The notes beneath the pieces were generated by a model. The model saw only the letters and a program-made list of their open reading frames with translations, did no database searches and was not told the DNA's origin. Shown piece after piece: positions 38,483 through 51,303 of a stretch of 64,000 bases of DNA (its first letter is position 1; each line of letters opens with the position of its first letter). The translations under genes and the position numbers were made by a program. Source of the DNA: Microthyrium microscopicum (Eukaryota); NCBI GenBank assembly GCA_010405405.1, contig MU004241.1:1151359-1215358 (forward strand), in the 5' to 3' direction.

Positions 38483-38817
38483 AAAGTCAATCACTCATTA
38501 TTTTAGGGGTCATTTGATATTGGATTAATTACACATTTAGTGCGCCCGTTTTCCGCAAGCGGCGTGGACGAATGTTCCCACCGCCTACAATGTATACTAT
38601 GTCGCTCCTGACCTCATATCGCCTGGTTCTTAGTTCCCGATAAATAGTGCATCATATGGTGGTCATCGTACGAGTAAACATCCAAATAGCTCTGTTATAT
38701 GTACAGCAGAGAGTCAATTGCTACGAGTTGTTTGACACTTCAAAAGGTGGTATCTGTATCAGTTTAGTTATATTTGGATACTATAATCCGACATGCTGGT
38801 CACTATACAGGTCCGAC

Positions 38818-41374
38818 CTATCGTCTCTTCCGACGACTTGAAAACTTAAAGCGGAGTTCATCTTCGCTCCCGCCACTGCCTTCACTGGCATCATCACTAT
38901 CTGCAATTCGGCTCCGCTTGGTCTGTCTTTTTGTAGCAGCGGGCGGTGCCTCCGCTGCCCGTTTGTTCGGTCTCTTCTTCGCAGGCGGCATTTCCGGTTC
39001 AGGCGACTCAGACAGACCTGCTTTCTCCTGAGCGCGCCGCACACGCCCAGGCATAGCGCCAAGATCTTTGGACACCGTAGGTCCTTCCTCATCAGAGGAG
39101 GAAAAGTCCGGAATCGTTGTCCCAGTATCGCCATTGTTGGTAGAGCGTCGACCTAGCACGACCTGGGAATCGTTCTCTTCTTCATCATCTTCAGCCGCAA
39201 ATGACGGCCGGCCGTGGGAGGAGTTGGCCGATATTTGCGTATTGCGTGAGGCAGATTTGGAAGGTGCGGTCGCGAAGCGTACTGAGCCTAGTGTATTGTC
39301 ACGCTTGGCTGATTGCTGAAGTGGTACAATCACACGCGTGCCTCGCAAAGGTGCTGGGCCAGTTTCGCCCTTTCTCCGGAACTTCTTGAAATTCTTACGA
39401 CCATTCCACTCGTCGTTCCAGCGGCCATCTAATTGCAAAGCAGCAGACGCTTTGCGAGAGGGAAGAACTTTGATTTCGCCGTATTGGATATGGCTCTTGA
39501 TTGAAGCCATTTCGTCTGCATCTAGCGGCTTCTTTAGATCTTCTTCCTCGCGTCGAGCCTTTTCCTCCTCCTCCACACGCCGGGCACGAGCATCATTCAT
39601 GATATTACGCTCATCATCTTCAGGAGCTGTTTCCTTGTTTACCTTGAGGCGTCGAAATAGCTTGACGGGGGCTGCTGGTGCTTCTTGTTTCATTTTGGGT
39701 GACGACTGAGATTGTGACTGGCTGGTGTCTTCAAGGCCAGCTTCAATTCGACGCCGCTTCACGGCCGCCGCTGCTGGAGCGTTTTCATCCAGACTGGCAC
39801 TGGCAGCGGCTCGTTTGTTCGGTCGCCGAGCCTCAGTAATGGCCTCCAGGCCCGCCATGGCGTCTGAATTTTGCTCAGTATCACCTCCATCTCGCATTTG
39901 TATATCCTCATTATGCTCTTCCTCTACTGCTGGTACAGATGGTCCAGAGGTATCAAACTCGTCGAAGCCCGGAAACCGGCTCTTCGCTCGTCCAAGACGA
40001 AGGCGTCTTGAAAGGGCTGATGACTTGGTTCCTGTGACTGGGGCGGAAGAGGCCACCTTGGGTGGGGACTCTGGCACTGCTTCCAATTGCCGAGCTGAGG
40101 TTTGGTCATTTCTTGGCGGACGTGCAGATGATTCAGCCGTTGAGGGAGCATCTTCGTCCTTCAAAGGCTGTCGCAGTCCGCTTGCATCGTTCATTATGAT
40201 CGGATCCAAGAACTCGTTTTGGAGGACAGAACGTTGTCCAAGCTGCAGATCTGTGGATTGAATAAAGTTGACAAGCCAGTCCTCGTCGCCTGCGGTCGTC
40301 GAAATCCGCACCACAACAACACCTCCACCAGAGTTTCCATCTTCCAACTCGCCAACACCCTTGTCTCCAGCCTTCTGTTTGACATAAGAAACAAAATCCT
40401 CGGGTGAAGTATGACCAAGTTGAAATTTGGAATAGAGAAGAGCTTTCCCGCCACCAGCAGTAATGGGTGCTTGAAGGTTGTCCAGTTGATTCTCAAGGCA
40501 AAATATGAACGTGTAACCATCGAAAACGGATTTTCGATCTGGATTTGGAGCATACAGCTCTGAGGACCGCGGGTTCGGCTCCTTGCCCTCTGCTGGCACG
40601 TACTTGATTGGATCTGGCCAGTACCCCTCATAATCATCCTCAAGCTTTGCCTTTGTTGTATCGTCATCCGCCTCTGCAACCTCACGAATGGCGTCTATGA
40701 ATGCACTGGTGACAATGTACGCTCCGTTGACAAGGCCTTCCAAAGTAGCAGCAATATTGCGTTTGGAAACAACCACGTGCGTTGTATATTTTGAATCGTA
40801 TTCAGAGGTGACCTTAATGTCGAAGGGCTCTACCATGCTCGCCACTCGTTGAAACTCCGCATCATAAGACTTTTTTGACTTGCTGATATACGTAAGAGCG
40901 AGGCCAACGGGGATCCAAATGATTTTAAGACGATCACCCCAGGTGCCCAGTTTGATGGTATGTTCGGGCTTGCTCAGAATCACTGGGCCCGAACTTTGAA
41001 CTCTTGTGTCATCCAGCCATGTTCCTAATTTCGAACCATCTTCTATCGTCAGTCTCGATTTCTTGTCCAGAGCAAGTGCGTTGCCAGCGGGTATGGGGTC
41101 GACGGATAGGATAATGTGCTTTCGCGACACGGATTTGTCGTTGATGCCATGGAACAAACCTAATTGAATCAGTCACCGCTTAAATACTTGTTTATAGTCC
41201 ATACCATTGGCTTCGTCAGGTGCTCGTGCTTTCGTTCTGCCGATGACATGAGTTGTGCCAGGCTTGAGCCACAGACGCTTGTCTTGTGAAATGTCAGCAT
41301 TCGAAGTTATCGAGAAAGGTGCATAAGCACAACTTACAGCCAAAAGCATCTCCGTCGCAATGCAGCACCCACAT
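38818..41374 (-). CDS. NBS1: Nibrin/Nbs1 (MRN complex)
   Basis: Short exons MWVLHCDGDAFG..KRLWLKPG..IGRT, FHA SVSRKH..SKLGT, tandem BRCT-like region, Mre11-binding GRKNFKKFRRK, acidic C-terminal EDELRFKF. Confidence 0.88.
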
Positions 41375-41807
41375 AATGGCTATCGGGCGCGGAGTTCGTT
41401 CATGATAAATGACTGGAAAAAGGGAAGAGATCAAAAGACGCGAGATTTGGTGAGGCCATCATCCTGGATTGAGGTCGCGGTTAGACACGTGTGCACGTGG
41501 TGGTAAATCGACTTTTAGGCACCAGTTCCCAACTACTACGGTATCACGTCGACCGCAATAATTTAGTTGAAGATGCATAGTAGGGAATCTGGGTGGTAAC
41601 TTGGAGGACGCCGAAATTCTAAAACAAGAGAAACAAAACGAATTACTCTATTTCAACTTGGAAGCGGCATTTCTGGTAGTGTAATTTTGATAGAACAACT
41701 CTCCTGGCATTCTGGAACTGGAAAATTATGATCTATATTAATCTATACATTTCGCCTGGGGTATCATAAAACAAATTGAGAAAAGTCGAGAAAGCGAAAA
41801 GCACTTC

Positions 41808-42809
41808 CTAGTCCATGTCATCGAGCTGGCTGCCCATGCCAGCTCTAGGATCGTTCTCGCTCACCATAATTCCTACAAGACATGACTCCAACATGTTATC
41901 CCAATTGACCCACGGGTGTACATCCATAAACAATTTCTCTCCATCCTTTCCCGCTGCTCGCTTGAGTTCTCCTTCTCCACCCGGGTGAAAGGACAAGTAT
42001 GGTGTCATGTTGTATACTCTACCCTTGTATGAAGACCAAGTCGGTCGGCCTTTGCGCCCATTTTTCGCTTTCAGCATGGAAGGGGTGACTCTTTGGAGAG
42101 AGGGCACCCCTGACAGGTTCGAGTTTGTCTTTTGTAGGTTCGCCCAGTCCAGTGGAGAGTGACCAGGGGAAAGTATGACCTTTTTACGAGGGTTTGGTGG
42201 TGGGACGGAGGTTGTGAGTGGTGCAGCGAGTGATGAAGCTGGCGAAGACGAGGGAGGGCCACGATTAGGAAGTGGCCCTGTGGTTGGCACTCGTAATGAG
42301 CTCGATAAAGATGCTACTTTAAGTCCCGTACTCGGAACCCCAAGACGAGGGTTTGCCGTAGTGGAGGCCGGCCGCGGCGGTGGAGGCATTAAAGAAGGTC
42401 CGGTTCGAGGTACAAACAAGGAATTCGCAGAGGAGGAGGTTGGATTCGAAGCACGCTGTGCAGAGTTCAGTGAAGGAAATTGCGGTGGAGGCATTTCAAT
42501 CTCCTCGTCGCTACTATCTTCGTCAATCTGCGCGGGATTGCTGGGTGCCTCGAGTGAAAATTGAGGGACTGGCGCTCCATTCGTAAGCGGTTTTGCCTTT
42601 GGCGTCGCATCTCCATCATCGGTCGCGACTTGTGCCTGAGTACCAATTGGCATTGTGTCATGATCCGGCCGTTGTTGATCTGGCGGGCTTGTCACGGCTG
42701 GTTTTGCAGCTTTGCGCCACCAAGAAGAAATCATATTCCATGCTGCTTCGGGGTCGTAATAGACAAGAAGAGAGGAGATAAGGACTAGAAGAGTGAGTCC
42801 AAGTAGCAT
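41808..42809 (-). CDS. Cytochrome b5-like heme/steroid-binding protein (Irc21-like)
   Basis: N-terminal TM, Pro/Ser-rich linker, KKVILSPGHSPLDWA, GRVYNMTPYLSFHPGG, HPWVNW. Confidence 0.85.
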   Translation of the reverse strand: MLLGLTLLVLISSLLVYYDPEAAWNMISSWWRKAAKPAVTSPPDQQRPDHDTMPIGTQAQVATDDGDATPKAKPLTNGAPVPQFSLEAPSNPAQIDEDSSDEEIEMPPPQFPSLNSAQRASNPTSSSANSLFVPRTGPSLMPPPPRPASTTANPRLGVPSTGLKVASLSSSLRVPTTGPLPNRGPPSSSPASSLAAPLTTSVPPPNPRKKVILSPGHSPLDWANLQKTNSNLSGVPSLQRVTPSMLKAKNGRKGRPTWSSYKGRVYNMTPYLSFHPGGEGELKRAAGKDGEKLFMDVHPWVNWDNMLESCLVGIMVSENDPRAGMGSQLDDMD

Positions 42810-43745
42810 AGCAGCCCGAATAGCGCACAGAATGTTCCTTGCGAGGTGTGCAAGATTATGAGAAATGCGGAACAGTTCTCGAAGACTGCATTTAGGGGTC
42901 TAATTTTAGCCTCCTGCGTGGCCATAGACGCGCGCTTATGGTCTGCTTTGACATCACCTCCTTAAGTCGCGCTTCAAGTTATCTCCAAAGTAACGTATTA
43001 TTAGCACCAAGCTAGATACGCTCAATAATGTTCTCGAGGTTCATCAATTTACTCAGATCCACCTACCCTCAAGCTCGAAGACTCGGGACAAAGTGACCGG
43101 CCGCACTCCATCTACCTCCCTGGCCACGAATTATATCGCTGAGCCATTAAGTGCTTTCTTTGCCATTGAGGTTTCCTTTCCCATCGAGTGGGTTCCGTTT
43201 CTGTTTTACTGCGGAAGCTTGCCTACAAAAACCGACTTTGATGATGAGAGATTAGGTTGGAGCTCTGAAGGGTATAAAGACCTTAACCTGAGGGAACCAA
43301 TGTTTGTGTAGTAGATTGAATAAGCTTGCAAGTCATCACAACTCATTGATCAGAGCTTTTATCTCCATAAAAACACTCTCCCTGCAATGTTTGGTGATGC
43401 GGTGCACCAGGAGATAGCTTTCCGGAATTTAGTCATCCGGGGTCTACCGGGGTGGAATAGGTTAGGATATATCGCCACCATTCTTTGGTTCAATACAACG
43501 CCTGAAAAATATATACAGGATTCCAAGATGGGATTACCTAAATCCGAACTCAGCAATTAGTTTTTGCTGTCGATTAACACAGCAGTTGGTGTCAATGCAG
43601 AAATGTTAGCTCAAAGCACGAGCTTGTATGAGTCGTGATGCAAGCATATTTAAGTTCACGGGGAACGTTTTCCACTTTTATATAACTAAATGAATTTGCC
43701 CTTTCTCATCTTGCATTCATACAACAACCTTGGAATCCGGTCAAG

Positions 43746-44856
43746 ATGGGAAAATACTCACATTATTCGGATGCTGACCCGGAGTTCGCTCCCATTCAGA
43801 ATGATGTCGCAAAAATGATAGATGAAGTGTTCGCGCTTCCATTGGACCAAATGAGGAATGCCTTCTCACAGCCAGGACCACTACCTGAGGATAGTCCAAA
43901 GGATGTTACGACAAAGGATATGGAAATCTCCGTGAGAGATGGCAGCAAAATTGGTATTCGTATATACAAAAGAAAGGGACTTGGAGCAGATGCCTTACTT
44001 TTCCTGGTGTTACATGGCGGAGGTACGTTATAAATCGAAATCGAATTTTACCAAGTGTCAAAGAAGACATCAACTGAATCTGTGAGTCTAGGCTGGGTGA
44101 TAGGTAATCATTCGACCGAAGAGACAATGAATCGATATGTAGCAGGTCTGAACGATGCTGTGGTTGTCAGTGTGGACTACCGCATGTATGTTTTTACTCA
44201 ATTGGTCACTCAATTGTAAGAAGGCTAACATAATGAACAGGGCACCAGAGTTCAGATATCCACATGCAGCTAATGACAGTTTCGATGCTCTCAAATGGTG
44301 CGCCGCAAATGCGAGCACTTTAGGTATTTCTGCCAACCGTATCGTCGTAGGTGGTAGCAGCGCCGGCGGAAATCTCTCAGCAGTCGTCGCACAAATGGCT
44401 CGAGACAATGGCGTTCCAGGAATTCTCGGTCAAGTACTCAATATTCCGGTAACTTGTCATCCCGACTTCTTTCCGAGGGATCGCTATGAGTACAACTCGT
44501 GGACTCAGAATGAGAATGCGCCACTTCTGCCATCCAGGCGGATGGCATTGTTTTGGGACTATTATGTGCCAAAGGGTCAACTACGCCCTGAGGCATACCA
44601 CTCGCCGTTATTGGCGAAAAACCTGAAGGGTCTTCCACCAGCGTTAGTTCAGGTCGCGGGAATGGATCCACTTCGCGATGAAGGAATTGCATACGCAGAT
44701 GCGTTGAAGGAGGCTGGTGTCGATGTGAAGCTGGAAGTTTATGGAGGTGTTCCGCATGGATTTGGGAGCATGCCAAACCTAAGCAAGTCAGTCAAATATA
44801 ATCAAAATGTGGTTGATTTTATCAAGAAGGTAGATCAGGATAAGTCAAAGCTGTAA
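43746..44856 (+). CDS. HSL-family esterase/lipase, three exons
   Basis: HGG|GW, VDYR|APE, GGSSAGGN, AGMDPLRDEG, VPHGF; catalytic triad intact. Confidence 0.9.
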
Positions 44857-45370
44857 AATAGTAAACAAACATTTCTAAAAGAATTGATACTGGTATTGCA
44901 CTCAAGGTGAACCCACCAGTCATAGTAACCAAATATTACACTTTCTGAAATACACGAGGGCAGGTCAACAAGAGAAGAGCTGTGAGAGTGAGCAGCTCAT
45001 AGGGGAACCAACGTCAACTAAAATGTATTTGACGGTTCAGACGTTAGTGAAGAAATGGTATTTCAAGCCACGAGAAATCAAAAGAGTTGTGAATATAATA
45101 GAGATTCAAATTCTCATCGCTACATGGGGTATATACATAAAGATTGACATCCCTTTCAAGGTTACACTAATAGCCTGGCAAGGAAACCATCCGAATAGGA
45201 GATCCTACCATTACTGTAAGTAGTTTCCATGTGGGAGAACTCCTTTATTATTCCAAGCGCCTTAATATCATTATAAATTAACATCCCCAAATCGTTCCCA
45301 TTTTGGTATATGTCCATATTCGAACATAATTAAGGATAGTCATGAATTCATGAAACGTAGGTAATAGTAA

Positions 45371-48300
45371 TTAGAGAATGAACAGTGCCAGCGGTAGCAG
45401 TCCCCTCAGCCATGAGTTGGGCTTGGGCATGACTGCAGCATTGGTGGTCTGTTGGGCTGGTCCGGACTTTGTAGCGGTGGGGTTTGTCAAGACTGTTGTG
45501 CCGCTAGGTCCAATGATGGTTGTTATCCCAGAGCCGACGATGGTCGTGCCGCTGCCTCCGGTTATGGTCGTGCCTGGCACTGGCGTGCCGGCAGCAGTGG
45601 TGGTGGAGCCTCCAGCTGGAGGTGTCGTTCCTCCTGTTCCACTGTTTGTGGCGGGCGTAGCAGGAGTAGCAGGGGTAGCGAATGTGTTGGTGCCTGGAGT
45701 AGCTGGAGTTACTGGAGTAGCAGGCGTCGCAGGCGTCGCAGGAGTCGCAGGAGTCGCAGGAGTCGCAGGAGTCGCCGCTGTGTTGGTACCTGGAGCAACG
45801 GGAGTGGCTGGAGTAGCCGGCGTTGCTGCTGTGGTGGTACCGGGAGCAGCAGGAGTAGCTGATGTGTTCGGTGGCTGTTGCGCGACAGGCGTTGCAGTAG
45901 TCGTAACGGGAGGTTCCTGGGCCGCGGGCGTTGGAGTGTTGACGGGAGCAGCTGGGACTAGAGTTGCCGTGGTGGCAGGTTGTTGGGCCGCGAACGGGGT
46001 ATCGATGGTAGATGTGGCTGCAGTCGCAGTCAATCCACCAACGACTTCTGCTGTAGTGAGAGTCGCTGTAGCAGATGCCGCTGCCTGAGTGCTTTCTGCT
46101 ACTGGATCACAGGATGATACTATTGTCCCTCCCAGCTGAGCCTGGACACCTGGAACCCCTTCGAGATAGTCCACAACCTGAGATGGCAGAACACCTCCGC
46201 CCGGCAATAAGGTCTCTGGATATACCATAGCCGCGAAGTTGGATAGTGCCAAGTTCAGTACTTTACTTGCAGAGGTACATGCTCCATCTGATGCTACACT
46301 GACATAGTCAAACTTCGTATAAGCAACGTAGGTTGTTGGATAAGTCAAAGCAACACCATCGTATTCCCAGGTCAAAACTTGATTGGTTGTGAGAGGTGGT
46401 GGAGGTGCAGTCTCTATGGACGTCGAGGTTGTCACGTAGCCATCTGCGTAGATGGTAGGCTTGATATGCACAGTATTCAAGTAATATATACTTGCAACTA
46501 CAACCGTGGGGTAAACCAACTTCGTTGCATAGCCATCCAATTGACATGGCGGTCCGCCTACATGCGTTAGTGAAGGATCATGATACATTTCAAACGGGAT
46601 TGTTCTTACAAGATGCGGAGGATAGTGGGACGGAACTAGTGATAGTAATGGACACTACCGTACTTGAAGACGTTGTGATAGTCGATGTGGTCAATGTAGA
46701 AGAGAGAATAGAACTTGTTGAAGTCAAAGAACCTGGGCTGCTAGGGCTGGAGGTAAGAATTGATGTTGTCGAAGTAGACGAAATAACACTTGGGGTTGTA
46801 GTGAACGAGCTCGAGCTGCTAGTACTGGAAGGTGGAGTCGATGGGATTGAAGCAGATGACAGAGTGGAAATTGTTGTAACGATGGAGCTTAGACTGGTCG
46901 TACTTGATGAGGGAATCGACGTGGTGGAAGCAGATAAAGTAGAACTTGTGGTGGTCAAAGAACTCGCACTAGTCGTACTTGATAAAGGAGTTGACGTGGT
47001 GGAAGTCGATGAGCTCAAAGTAGTTGTACTAGAGGATGGAATGGATATGATGGAAGTAGATGAGCTAGAACTTGTCGTGGTCAAGGAGCTCGAACTATTT
47101 ATACTCGAGGATGCAGTTGACGTGGTGGAAGTAGGTGAGCTCAAACTAGTTGTACTTGAGGATGGAATGGATGTGGTAGAAGAAGTTGAACTAGAACTTG
47201 ACGATGTAGTTGAAGTTGAGGAGCTCGAAGGTTGCGTTGAACTTGAGTTGGAGCTAAAACTTGAGCTCGAGCTACTCGAACTACTGGAAATCGAAGATGT
47301 AGTCGACGTTGAGGAGGTTGTTGAAGAAATACTTGAGGTCGTGGTACTTGAGAAGCTAGAACTCGTAGATTTTGAACTGCTTGAGCTCGTAGTACTCGAC
47401 GTTGAACTTGATTGACTTGAGCTTGTTGAAGAGGTTGAAGAAGATCTGGATGAAGAAGTGATCTCACTAGAAGACGATGAGCTGGAGGACGATGAGCTGG
47501 AGGACGATGAGCTGGTGGACGACGAGCTGGAAGAGGAGCTAGAGGATGAAGAGCTTGAAGTACTGGTGCTGGATTTTATTGCTGAAGACGAGGACGACGT
47601 GGTACTAGATGACGAGGAAGTAGTGGTAGTCGTCGATGAGGATTTGGTGGAAGTTGTACTAGACGAACTTGATGGTGTACTTGTTGTACTAGTTGTAGAA
47701 CTACTACATTTGGCTGTTGCATAAGGCCAAATACAGTCCGGGCAGCTCTCGCACCACTTGACGCAGGACTCTCCTTCTCGATCTCCACATTCTTCGTTGC
47801 ACGCACCGCTTGGAGATTTCTTATCCCATCCGCAGGAAGGCGTTGGTGGCGTGTAACAAGGAGTAGAGCTACTGGTAGTTTTTGAAGATGATGACGAAGA
47901 ATAGGATGTGATACTAGATGTTGATGAAGACTTTGTGGAAGTTTTGCTAGAAGTTACGGGTTTTGATGTTGTGCTCGAGCTTGAAGAGCTACTACATGTT
48001 GCTGGCGCATAAGGCCAGATGCAGTCCGGACAATTCTCACACCACTGAACGCAGTGCGCATTTGACACATCTCCACATTCTTTGGAGCAAGCGCTGCTTG
48101 GAGTTTTCTTGTCCCAGCCACAGGGAGGAGTGGGCGGCGTATAGCATGGTGCCGAACTGCTGGAAGTCTTCGAAGATGAGTAGACTGGCGAACTCGAGGG
48201 TGTTGAAGATGTTAACGGCTGAGAATATGATGACGGACTGGAAGGTGCTGAAGATGTCACCGGCTGGGAATATGATAGTGGGCTTGACGGTATTGACGAT

Positions 48301-48672
48301 GGAGGAGGCGAAGGCGATCCATATGGAGGCGGCGACGAAGATGCGGATGGACAAGGTTTTGGTTTCCAACACCAGATTCCGCCGTCTAAACAATAATTCG
48401 CACAGTCGTCGGTGCCACGCTTCTTGAATCGAAGTTTATAGCCTCCTGGGTTGCAATAGGCATTGCATGCATCAGTCAAACTATTCGACCATCCGCATGG
48501 AGCTGGTGGTGCTTGTGAATTTGCAACTGAGTTAGGCGTTGCATTGGTGATTACTGAGCTATCTGCCAATTGGTTAGTGACTAGTAAATGAAAGCTTGTA
48601 GGACCAAGAGGACTTACTTTGAGCGTAAACTTGGGCAGCTGAAGCCAGTAGTAGGAGTACTAGTGGTAGCAT
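45371..48672 (-). CDS. Large Ser/Thr-rich GPI-anchored cell-surface protein (1064 aa)
   Basis: Signal exon MLPLVLLLLASAAQVYAQ; introns 48563-48617 and 46558-46609 join the two long ORFs in frame; Cys-rich modules, poly-Ser/Thr stalk, PAT repeats, hydrophobic C-terminus after TTNAA. Confidence 0.82.
45650..45860 (-). repeat. 9-bp coding tandem repeat (Pro-Ala-Thr)n
   Basis: GCAGGAGTC-like units on the + strand. Confidence 0.85.
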
Positions 48673-51303
48673 TGCAGATGTTAAATTTGATAGATATTAA
48701 CAAAAATTGACCCAATCAAATGAACGAGGTAGATTTCATGTCACAATTTCAAAATCAGTAAGCAAACGAAAGTTGAGATTGGAGCCAGTGAGGGATTGAT
48801 CTGCAGGAGTAAGTGTGGTGGGCGGCTCGATATATTGTAAACCATGCTACATGGAGCTTTAAGATCTGGACCAAACCCTGGGATTCGGAATAGTCAAGGC
48901 ACAGCACCAGGCCTACATGACGTGTCAAGGATGTGATGGAACTCCAAGCTCGGATGCAGCTCCAGGAAAGAGGCTCTTGGAAGTGCTCTCGGCTGCAGGA
49001 AGAGCAGCCTCAAGAGACTGACACTCGAGAAGGCTGGGTTCGGCATAGAAATCACATTGATACGAGAGAACTGATGGGGCGAGGTTTGTGTTGTTAACAA
49101 GCAGGCAAAGGCAACTAATTGAGACATACCGTACGGCTGGAAGGAAAAAGCTATTGGATCTTGATAAGCTGGACAGAACTAGCATGGACGGGAACGGTTA
49201 TGTTACAACGTTCGGCCTACTAATCTCGAGCTGGTTACTTCGTCCATCGCGAGGGCTCGAAGACAAGTTGTGCAGGCCATATGCGGGGAATTGTTTTGGT
49301 GGGCAGAATTTGGAGAGTTGTACGAAGAAGAGAGGCGAAGAAGATTGAAAAGTTACTGTTGGGGGTTGAAGTTGCATGAGGCGCAATGGAAAGCTACTGC
49401 AGGAATTTTGGCCAATCAAGAGTCTAAATCATCAGCCTCGAAGCTAAGAACCAATTACAAAACACCGGCAAGTTATATTAGCAGGGATCTAGGGTATAGA
49501 CCATGCAGCGGCATGCCGCAAATAGTGCGTGGTCTCTAAGCTCGTGCTCGTGGTTCCTCTTCTTCAACAATCTCTCCTCCTACAACTTCATTGCAGCGCG
49601 CTTGCCCACGTTGCCCGCCAAGTTCCAACTAAAGAAACTCGGCCTAGTAGTGCTTGTTGAGCTTGATATGCTCCTTACCACCTCAAAGACTGGTGCAAGA
49701 ATGTTCAAAAATACCCATCCTGGGTCATTGCTGGGCTTCAAATTGTCAAAGTATAGGTACGGTACTCGCTTTACCAGCCATCTACTCGACTTTTCCAGGC
49801 GTCTTTCTCCGAGCACGGCGACCGTCAAGGCCCGATTACGATGCAGAAATGTACATTGTTCCTGTTGGCTTAGTAGTCAGCCCATCTCACCGGCCACTTT
49901 GCGGCCAAGCTGTCTGCGCTCAGAGACTTCAGGTTTTTCCTTTCGGTGAGAGAGCGGGGAGCTAATGGGATGTGCCTACAACAGGCTACAGCCTGGTCCA
50001 CTCATACGTTGAGATAAAAAAAGCCTGCAGCTCGAGCTGCTGGTTAGGCCAAGGTTGTCCGAACCTGCCTGGAGAAGTTGAGATGATTCAGCCGCTTCCC
50101 ATGATTGGCTTCGAATTATCCGTATCGCAGTCATGGTTTCGATTTCACTGCGGCCTCTGGCTGGCAGAATATTTTGGGGACCAAGTTTACTTGTGACAAC
50201 TGCACATGAACTTTGCCTGAGTTATATCGTCACACGAAATTGCTCCTGAACGAAATCACAATTCTCTAGGAAACCAGTACCCAACCAACGATATCAGGCA
50301 CAGTTCTGGACCTTTTGCTTGGCCACTCGGAGCCTCATGCTTAGGAAAGTCCCAAAAAATATGCCTCCAACCTAGGTACGTAGACGTAAGTAGTTGCATT
50401 TTCATGCATCAAGAACTTCCAATCCAATGCTGGCGTTTCCTCCTCCACTCTTTTCCCTACCATTCAATTCATCACTGATCCTCTCATGCCTCCCTGGTAA
50501 CTCATCGGATCATGGCCTGGGGTCCTTAACGGGTGTTCTGTGATACGACATGTCCGTTCTGTGTGCTACCATCTGGCCCCCATCATAGTATGCCAATACC
50601 TGCTCAAGTTGCATTCTTCACACTACCCACAGTTTATATCCGTCCTACCGCATCGCTGAACACGGTGTGTATTCTGGGCGTACAAACCACGTCACCCCGC
50701 CACAGGTCAATATATTGCGCAACTTTCTATCTGATCATATCCGCTTGTCATATGCTAGTCAACTTGAGCCCAATACTGTTTGTAGTGCAAGAGCACAATC
50801 CAGCGAGGGTCTCGAACCAATCCAACGCCTTACTGTGCCGCATCCGCAAAGACCTGCGCCCCGTTAGTCAGTCGAATCGACTTGCATGACTTCTTCAGGA
50901 TTTATGCAGCAAAGCGTGGCCAAGAAGTCCGATGCGGCGATGCACCTCGTCAAATCACGTAGCAACCTTACCTTTGCTTTTTCCGTATCGCCTAAATCTC
51001 ATGCCTGAGAGAGAGGTTTCGCTTCCACTTTTCAGAATGTTACTCTTGTGACAAACCAACCTCTTAGCTTTTGTACACTGCAGTGCGGATTGTCAACTGC
51101 CACGCTTGAAGGTTTACATCCTGCATATTGCGGCTGAAACTTACTTTTGTATTTCCCCGGCTCTCCATTCGCACCTATTCGAGGCTCAGGAATTGTGCTC
51201 TGCCCCATTTTCAAGGTCTATGGCGATGCTATCCGTTCGATGTGACTGGTAAATCTGGATTGTTGTCGTTCGGGATACTTCTTTCATCAAGACGTGGGTG
51301 AAC

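Noticed and set aside
46558..46609. Stop-start coupling or frameshift between the 659-aa and 405-aa ORFs
   Set aside because: Explained by a canonical GTAAGA..CTAAC..TAG intron.
45378..47724. Long plus-strand ORFs rich in V/E/L and AGV repeats
   Set aside because: Antisense shadows of the Ser/Thr and PAT repeats of the GPI protein.
48894..50889. Several 70-150 aa ORFs between the mucin and the pseudoprotease
   Set aside because: Mostly non-ATG starts, overlapping on both strands, no motifs; likely divergent promoter/UTR DNA.
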